Shown: one piece after another, positions 54,982-64,000 of the stretch
Layout of the letters: each line of letters begins with the position of its first letter
How positions within the stretch are numbered: the stretch's first letter is position 1
NCBI GenBank assembly: GCA_951406725.2
Contig: OX597832.1
Span: forward strand, 32,488,001-32,552,000
Length of the DNA stretch: 64,000 bases
From: Octopus vulgaris
Taxonomy: Eukaryota
Direction of reading: 5' to 3'
Notes under the pieces: generated by a model
The model's database searches: none
Seen by the model: the letters and a program-made list of their open reading frames with translations, nothing else
What the model was told of the DNA's origin: nothing
Program-made: the position numbers and the translations under genes

Positions 54982-55052
54982 TTTATCTATCTATATCTAA
55001 CACTTTCTCTCTCTCTATGTATATACATGTGTGTGTGTGTGTGTGTATGTGG

Positions 55053-55131
<79 letters not shown>

Positions 55132-55134
55132 TAT

Positions 55135-55225
<91 letters not shown>

Positions 55226-55689
55226 TACACATATAAACATGCACATTCACATAGGCTTTTTTCTGTGTCTGTACTTGCATAAGACCAGGGATGTCACTGT
55301 GATGTATAACTCACTTCCTCTTTGCTGCAGTCCATCGAAACAAAACACACCCAGGTGTATTCTATTATTCCATTCAAGAACTACTATTGTCTCAGTACAA
55401 TGGCCATTCCATGATAGAAGACACAATTCCTATTTCTTTCTATCATTTTCTTATGCTTATTTTTTCATTTTATTCACTTTTTTTATATCTACTTGTCTGA
55501 ACTTGTATTCAATGTTTTTAGTATTTGTGTGTGTTTGTGCGTCTGCATGTATGTGCGTGTGTCTCTGTGTGTGTGTGTGTGTGTGTATGTGTGCGCATAC
55601 GTGTGTGTAACGGTCCTTCACCATTCAGACAGAGAGCAAAATTATATTGGATGGAAGTTTTATAACAGGGCCAGTTCTTAGACGGAATA

Positions 55690-55855
55690 AGATAACCTCG
55701 ACCGCTGTGCTTAGCTGGGAATAACTTTATCGGCCTTGAAAGGATAAAAGCAAACTCGACCTCGGCAGATTTTGAACTCAGAACATAAAGACGGACGAAA
55801 TGCCGCCAACCATTTTTACCCAGTGAGCTAAGTAGTCTGCCAATTCGTGCCCTTA
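55690..55855 (-). mobile_element. S1 SINE copy
   Basis: gaaaggataaaagcaaactcgacctcggcagattttgaactcagaacataaagacggacgaaatgccgc. Confidence 0.8.
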
Positions 55856-56580
55856 GCCTCAATGAATATATTGCCTAATACAGCATAAAGATGGACGGAA
55901 TAACGCTGAGCAACCTCGTCACCTAAGACCAAAACCGTTTTTGATACACCGAGTGGGTACTACTACCACACAAACCACGGCAGACAGAAAGGATGAGCTT
56001 GAAGGGAGGAATTTGAGTTTAAGGAAAAAATACTTATATATCACCTGACGAAACACAACTGGATCCCATAATGCGGGGAAACGGTTATATAACCAAATAC
56101 CGGATAACCTGGAGAACTACGTTGCGTGGAAACAATTGTAGTGATTACAAATAAACGTTCCTCTCAGCTCCTTCTTTATTGACTCCAACTTATTTAATTA
56201 TCCATTCACACAATGCAGAAGCCTCAACGCAAGTCTGGTAGTATGTACAATACAACTTCCGGGATAGCAGAGGGTGAATTCTGAAGGTGGACGCGTTTTA
56301 CACACTTAACAGAATATAACCTAACTGCACACGGCGCGCGCGCACATACACAAGCACGCACGCGCGCGTACACACACACACATATACACACATACATATA
56401 TATGTGTATATATACAGATATATATGGATATATGCAGATTTATTTGTATATATGCATATATATATATGTATATATGCAGATATATATGAATATGTATACA
56501 TATATACATACATACACAAAGCACAGACACATACACACAGTTACGCACACATCCATACATAAACGTATGTGTGTGTGTGA

Positions 56581-56632
<52 letters not shown>

Positions 56633-57868
56633 TCACAAATATACCTAGATCGATAGACAGACTGACAGACAGACGAGCAGGTAGACAGATAGATACTCGC
56701 AGTTGATAGACAACAAGAGGCAGATAGGAGATGCGAGAGGTGGGGGGACGAGTGGGAGGATGTAATTGAAGTAGATATAAATAAGAGCGTAGCATCTTAT
56801 CATGGTAGACTAGCGAACAATGAATTTATCAAGATACAATTCAATAGTTACCTCCATTAAACTCTGTATATATATCACATCAATATTGTATTATACTCCA
56901 ACGACAAAGACACTAGACAATAACCAATATTCTTAGTGGAATCTATACTATGTATCAAGTAAATTACATGGAAGTGAAACATATTTAGACAATGGAATTG
57001 GATGGACAGGAACTGGAGCAATATTAATTGTGTTTAATGCTTGTGATATTTACTGCTGTCGCTAGAATTACTGGACGAGCTCATTGAAGGGTTGCAGTTT
57101 TCGGTTTCAGGCATCTCTGTAACTTTGTCTTTCATTTATTTCATGATGTATATTTGCTTTTAATGAAAGGATGAAGAACAATAATTTTTCTAAGTATTTT
57201 CAGGGTTTTCGTGAATGGTGGGACAAAGAGAAATATTGTTTTCGTTAGCTTCAATCCGGAGACGTGACCCGAATATGTGTCGTTGAAAGGGTTCTACGAA
57301 AATCACCAAACGAAAATGAATGGATTCTCTGTCGAGTTTCTCAAAATTATCATCGCGTTGGGGGCGCCGGCCGAAACATCGGTGCAGCTCAAAGTTGTAA
57401 CCATTGAAAAATTCAAACAATTGCTTTTATCTTTGAAATTATCATTAAAAAAAAAGAAATATTTGATGAGAGTCAATGGAGGAACAAACTGGAATAGTCG
57501 CTCCTTCTCTCTCCCTCTCTCTCGATCTCTCACTTTTTCTCTCTTTCTATCAATCCCTCCTTCTTCCGCTCTCTGTATCTCCCTCACTCATGCATGTGAC
57601 TCCACATAGTTTTGATCCTCAAGCACACACATGATCGCGGCTTATCTAAAGCAAATTTCAAAGGCAACTATATAAAGCAGGCAAGGTAACATGTCCAACG
57701 ACACGTCTAAATGTCCAACCTGACAATCCTTTCATCCCGAGAGATATAACATTAGAGAAACTCCTAGACTGATGCCAAGAAAGGAAAAAGGAAATCTGTA
57801 AATCCGAGAGTGTCCCGAACAATTGCTGTTTTCGTCTCGGCATTGCAAAACAAATTTCTATTCCATAA

Positions 57869-57938
57869 AACTCACCACCCAGATTATCATATAACTCACC
57901 ACCCACATTATCATATAACTCACCACCCACATTATCAT
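57869..57938. repeat. 24-bp tandem repeat, 3 copies
   Basis: aactcaccacccacattatcatat x3, one substitution. Confidence 0.92.
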
Positions 57939-58696
57939 AAAAGTGCAGAAGCTCTGAGACTGAGGATAAGAAACGAAAAAGGAAACACTGACCTCATAAG
58001 AGTCGCGCAACTGAAGAAGTTCTGTGCAGTTTCCATCAAATTCCATAGAATTAAGTCGATGTTAGAAACAATTTCGTGAAGATGCTCCACAGATTCATCA
58101 AATGCAGGACACCGGAGTGGCAAATAGATTTTTCACTACACAGTAATAAACTGCGCTCATTGGTAGATATAAGAATGGTACGAGTGTGAAGGGAATATGA
58201 CACAGGTCGGATTTCACGATTTGGATTATAAATATCGTTTGGATAAAAGAAGAATAAGAAGGAATCATGATACAACTACATTTTAAAAGATTCCCCCATA
58301 AAGCTGAAGAGTTGAGTGAAGTCGGTGAGAAGAGATATCAATGAAATGAGAGAAATGATCGATAGACAAGTCAGGGAATATTAAAGAATGGTAAGGAAGA
58401 GAGTGATGTGTTGGCTTGTTTAGGAGTTATAATGGGAGATCTCTGCGGTGAATGAAAAATATTTGCAGCAATTCGTTATGACATTTTGTATTTATGATTT
58501 TATGGAATGTATGCAATGGATATCTGACGATTTATGCAATGTATGCGGCATTAAATTAATATACGGAAATATAAACTCAACTACAGATACAACCCCACCA
58601 CAGATGCAAATGCACGCATAGAATATATGCATAAGTGTATATATATATATATATGGTGTATTTATGCATAGATATATATATGTATGTATGTATATG

Positions 58697-58759
<63 letters not shown>

Positions 58760-59084
58760 ATATATATATAAACATTCATACATGTATGTAAATGGGTGTA
58801 TATGTGTATATACATATATAAAAATATCTCTCTACATACATATCTAATTCTATCACGCGCTCTCTCATTCTCTAACTATACATACATGCACACACACACA
58901 CACACCTACATATGCATATATATTCATTCATATGTACATAGATGTAAATGAGTGTATGTGTGTATATACTTATATAAAAATCTATCTCTCTACGTATATA
59001 TTTATCTAATTCTATTACGCTATATCTCATTAATTTGCCCTACATACACACATATATGTACTTATATATCTAACTAACTATCTA

Positions 59085-59132
<48 letters not shown>

Positions 59133-59135
59133 CAC

Positions 59136-59182
59136 ATGCGCCTATATATATATGTGTGTGTGTGTTTATAGACAGATATCTT

Positions 59183-59222
<40 letters not shown>

Positions 59223-59265
59223 AAGATATCTGTCTATAAACACACACACATATATATATAGGCGC

Positions 59266-59267
<2 letters not shown>
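59136..59267. repeat. Near-perfect palindrome centred on (TA)n
   Basis: atgcgcc(ta)5(tg)6tttatagacagatatctttatgtg-(TA)n-cacataaagatatctgtctataaa(ca)5(ta)5ggcgcat. Confidence 0.95.
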
Positions 59268-59305
<38 letters not shown>

Positions 59306-59859
59306 TCATACCTCCGTGTGTGTGCATGTGTGTATGCGCATACACCTGCGTGTGTTCGCGTGCATGCGCTCATATGCATCATATACACTGAAGCCAAACG
59401 TGGATGCACGGTCATTGACAATCGGAGGGAGGTATCTGGTCACGTGGAATGATTACCGTTCATATCGACGGTTATGACAATGGGAGCGATAAAACTAAAA
59501 TTTCGATATCAATAAATTTGCTTTATATCCAAACCTATGGAAATAAATTAAAAATTATCGTCCATAAATTTCATTTTATTGATAACTACGCTTCCACACT
59601 GATTTCACATCACCAGTGGGCTTATTACATTACCATTGCCTGCTTTCTTTAATATTACACTTCACTTCATATTTATTGGCAGAGAAAGAGCCTCATCTGT
59701 GTGTTCAAGCAATTTGGCGGGATTATTATTGTTGTTAGCTAAACTAACTAAGCCAGCGTTTCGCCTTCATGCATCAATTTTTGCAATATACTCTCACAGA
59801 TAAATGCATTTACGTAGACACGTATATGCATACATACACACATACATGTGCATATGTAT

Positions 59860-59891
<32 letters not shown>

Positions 59892-60001
59892 TTAAATATA
59901 TATATATGTATATATATATATATACATATATGTGTATATATATGTATATCTATTATGTATATTTATGTATATATATATATATATATATGTGTGTATATAT
60001 G

Positions 60002-60032
<31 letters not shown>

Positions 60033-60324
60033 ACACTCATATCCATACTCATACATGTACATATACGTACGCAAATATGTATGTAATTATATATGTACGT
60101 GTGCGTATATATATACCGATGTATACGTATACCCGTTTATCAATTCGTTTTACAAGATTCCTGATGTGAGATCGTGTTTTATATATATATATGTGTGTGT
60201 GTGCCTGTGTGTGTATATCTGTGTGTGTATGTATGTATATATGTAAGTATGTATGTGTGTATGTTTGTATGCATATATAGACGCATCAACATAAGCATAA
60301 CGACACTCACACTCAAACACACAT

Positions 60325-60375
<51 letters not shown>

Positions 60376-60550
60376 TATATATATATATATATAAACTTAT
60401 ACATATCTAGATAGATATAAAACACACAGTCATCTATATATACCGAGGAGGATACAGTAATAGAATCATACGATCATGCATATGTATATATGGGTTATAT
60501 ATGTGCGTATATAGGCAGTCTCCGCGAATTACTCAACAGCTGCATCTGTA

Positions 60551-60660
60551 GAGTATTTCGGATTAAAATCCCCAAATTGCCCTCTCCCAGTAGAGTAACT
60601 TGAGAGCTTTGAAGCTGACTTATGGGACAAAAGGGAACATTTACATATTAAAAGAAGCTC
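60551..60660 (+). mobile_element. Penelope-like ORF N-terminal fragment
   Basis: EYFGLKSPNCPLPVE*LESFEADLWD resembles the PLE motif FGFKSxxCPPxxxELxxFExDL. Confidence 0.55.
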
Positions 60661-61570
60661 TAGAATAATGAAAGCTGTTAACCACATATACTTAATGTAT
60701 ATGATTTGGATATTTTCTGCTGGCTGCGATGGTGTGCTGGATTATATAAAATCTGAAAGCACCGCGAGTCAATAATATTCATTATATTTGAGGTACTTTT
60801 ACTTCGCATTTAAATTTTTGTGTAGGTATGAAGCTTCCGGGCGAGCCAGCAAATGGTTTTAAAAACTCTGTGCATGTAAGCCATAGAGTGCCTTGGTGTC
60901 TCGCATTCAACCCTGGCATGTAAGTGATGTTGATATACCACAAAAATGTTGAAACAATGGGATTGGAGGTTGATTACTTCGCCTGTCCATGACAATGGAA
61001 AATACACAAAGCAGATATGTTAAGTATATTTGGCTAACAATACAAGCATATATGTGTGTGTGTGTGTGAGTGACAGTGTGTGTGTGTGTGTGTGTATGAA
61101 AATATGTATATATACACACACATACACACATACACGTTCTTTATGTATGTTGCTGGAAAATGACTAGGAAAGATAGGTGCAAGAAACTGTTATTGGGTGT
61201 TCTCTGAAAGTTCCATGTAGCTGCTGCCCCAATATGAAGTGTATCATTACATGAGTTCACTACCAAGAGTTTTACTTCAGTTGTAACTGTCGAGATCTAG
61301 TGTCCTGTCCACTTGACTAACGCTTTTTGATTAAATCTGTTGTATATGAAGCAGACGTTACTGCAACGCTAGATGATAAAACAACGGATAAGAATATCTA
61401 TATTGAACTATGTGAAGGGGAATTGGAAAAGGACAAAAGCAAATCTACTAAATACCTAGCCACGTATGGAGATTGAAATCTAAGGCAACGCCACATACGA
61501 TTAAGTTGAAAATAATCAAAAAATCGACACCTGATGGTAGTGGATGAAATAAATGCAAACTATATTAGTG

Positions 61571-61654
<84 letters not shown>

Positions 61655-61658
61655 CATA

Positions 61659-61713
<55 letters not shown>

Positions 61714-61720
61714 GACCATT

Positions 61721-61757
<37 letters not shown>

Positions 61758-61919
61758 TATGTTATTATATATATATATATATATATTATATAATTAAGTA
61801 TGATATATATATTATATATATATATATATCATATATATCATATATTATTATCATATAATATATAACATATATATATATATATATATGAAATATAACAATA
61901 TATATATATATATATGTAT

Positions 61920-61994
<75 letters not shown>

Positions 61995-63207
61995 GTATGT
62001 ATCTATATATGCATGTACGTATGTACGTATGTATATCTGCATAAAGAAATATATATGTGGATAAATGATTTTGGTATTGTAAAGTGTTCTCTATGAGTAA
62101 CGATAAAATATCAGAAGTAACAAACGGTATGGCTTCATGTTATTTATATATTCGAAGGTCACACAATCGTCACAAAATAGGCAGCGCGTTTCTTAAACAT
62201 TAAGTTGGTGCTTCCAAAGGAGAAATTAGAAGTCAGTTATGGTGAGGAACGCTCTTACTTCTTCTCTGTATTGAACTGTATCGATCACTATTGAACTATA
62301 CCTGGCTGAAATACAAGTAGTAGTGTTGTATTTGTGTAGGTCCATGATGAAAGATATTCCAACCACGATCACCCTCCTATGTTCTTTCCAATCACGTATT
62401 TCTAACATCAAATATGTTCTACATATTTCTAAGATTCTAGAATTTGATTTGAGGGGTCCTTCATTTGCTGTTTTTAACACCAGAAAAAGCAGTATTTGAT
62501 TCCGATATTCTGATATATTTTATTTATTATTCTTCAGTTTTGCTTTGTATTTCCAGGTAGAGTGAAAACAAGGTCTAGAATTGAAACACCGTTTGAAGTT
62601 TGTGAAATGAGCCACATCAAATCAAATCAGTCGCTATGTCTTTTGACAGAGATGGTATTTTGGCGATCACTTTTAACTCATTCTACAATAACAGATGGGT
62701 TATAGAATAAAGTTTGGTAAAAGTTACTTCAGATATGCTAGAAGTTCGAAGAATTTCAATCAAACAGGTAGGAAATTCATTAAGACTTATATACAAGAAT
62801 AGAAGAAAACTAAATTAGAGATGTGCCATACATTCACGACTGGGCAGCAAAAATATTCCTAAGCGGTTTAAGTTCATTACCTGTGATAGTGCTACATTAT
62901 ATTTCAGGTAGATTCACCGAGAATATTTAAACATACTTCAAGATATTTCGAAAGTAATTACTTCAATTTTATCACGAAAAAGATTTTTAAAAAATAGGTT
63001 ATTTCTTTTGATACTATGGTATTACTGGAGAGTATATATTAAATATATATAAGGATCAAAGTTAAGTGCTTACATATAAATTAACTGAAATATATAGTCG
63101 TTGATTTGGCTCTAATATAGTCTCTAATTACACACACACGACACGAAAATGTCTCCTTTAAGTTCAAAGAACAAGGCTTCCTTTGCAATCAAGGTATGTT
63201 TAAATCA

Positions 63208-63244
<37 letters not shown>

Positions 63245-63308
63245 CATATATATGTATATATATATATATACACATATATATGTATGTATATATTTATATG
63301 TGTGTATG

Positions 63309-63352
<44 letters not shown>

Positions 63353-63555
63353 AAAATATATGTCTGTGCATATGTATGTGTAAATATACACATATATGAT
63401 ACATACATACATTATGTCCGTTTGTGAATAAGTAGATATATATTTTATGTAAGCACACGAACAGAGACAAAATCGCAATCACACACACACGCACTTACAC
63501 ACATTCATACACTCGTATATATATATTGTTATCTCTAATGTATGTAATTTAGTAA

Positions 63556-63593
<38 letters not shown>

Positions 63594-63778
63594 CACAAAC
63601 AGAAGACTGAAAACACTCTGCCTATGGCAAATATATTCTGTCTAATCACCTAATTATTATTTTTCAGATATATCTTACATCATGAGACTTTTAAGGATGT
63701 ACTCTAACCACAAATAGTAACTACTAAGTCTCGATAATAATTAATAATAATAATACCAATAATGATAATAATAATGAT

Positions 63779-63857
<79 letters not shown>

Positions 63858-64000
63858 GTAATAACAATAATAACAGTAATAGTAGTAGTAATAATAAATA
63901 TAACGAATTTCATGTATGTATATGTGCGTGTCACTTATACCTGATATTTCGGGAATATATTTGTCGAAATTAAATTCATTTCATATCACTTCTAATAGCA

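Noticed and set aside
57950-58430. Possible LINE endonuclease relic on minus strand (IYLPLRCPAFDESVEHL)
   Set aside because: Only one weak motif; no GDFN or SDH motif found.
62226-62480. 84-aa non-repetitive ORF
   Set aside because: No recognisable motif or splice context; length compatible with chance.

Overview
Eukaryotic, AT-rich, microsatellite-saturated DNA. The SINE families and repeat landscape resemble an octopus/coleoid cephalopod genome (inference). I found no intact host exon or intact gene; almost all ORFs in the supplied track are (TA)n/(CA)n/(ATT)n artefacts, so this is probably a large intron or gene desert. The window is a graveyard of mobile elements: CR1-group, RTE, R4/Dong (RLE) and Tx1/L1 LINE fragments, Penelope-like fragments, mariner, pogo-like and probable piggyBac DNA transposon remnants, and at least three tRNA-derived SINE families. 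Most notable: (1) a ~556-bp non-coding element present three times, always abutting (TAA)n in the same polarity as R4/Dong LINEs, whose terminal 20-mer is amplified into a 29-copy tandem array in one copy; (2) an intact minimal type-I hammerhead ribozyme at 15197-15259 plus degenerate relatives; (3) two (TA)n-centred fold-back palindromes; (4) a mariner with its 5' end duplicated in inverted orientation; (5) a domain-permuted R4 relic; (6) a decayed ankyrin-repeat relic. Coordinates of degraded elements are approximate; all translations were done by eye.
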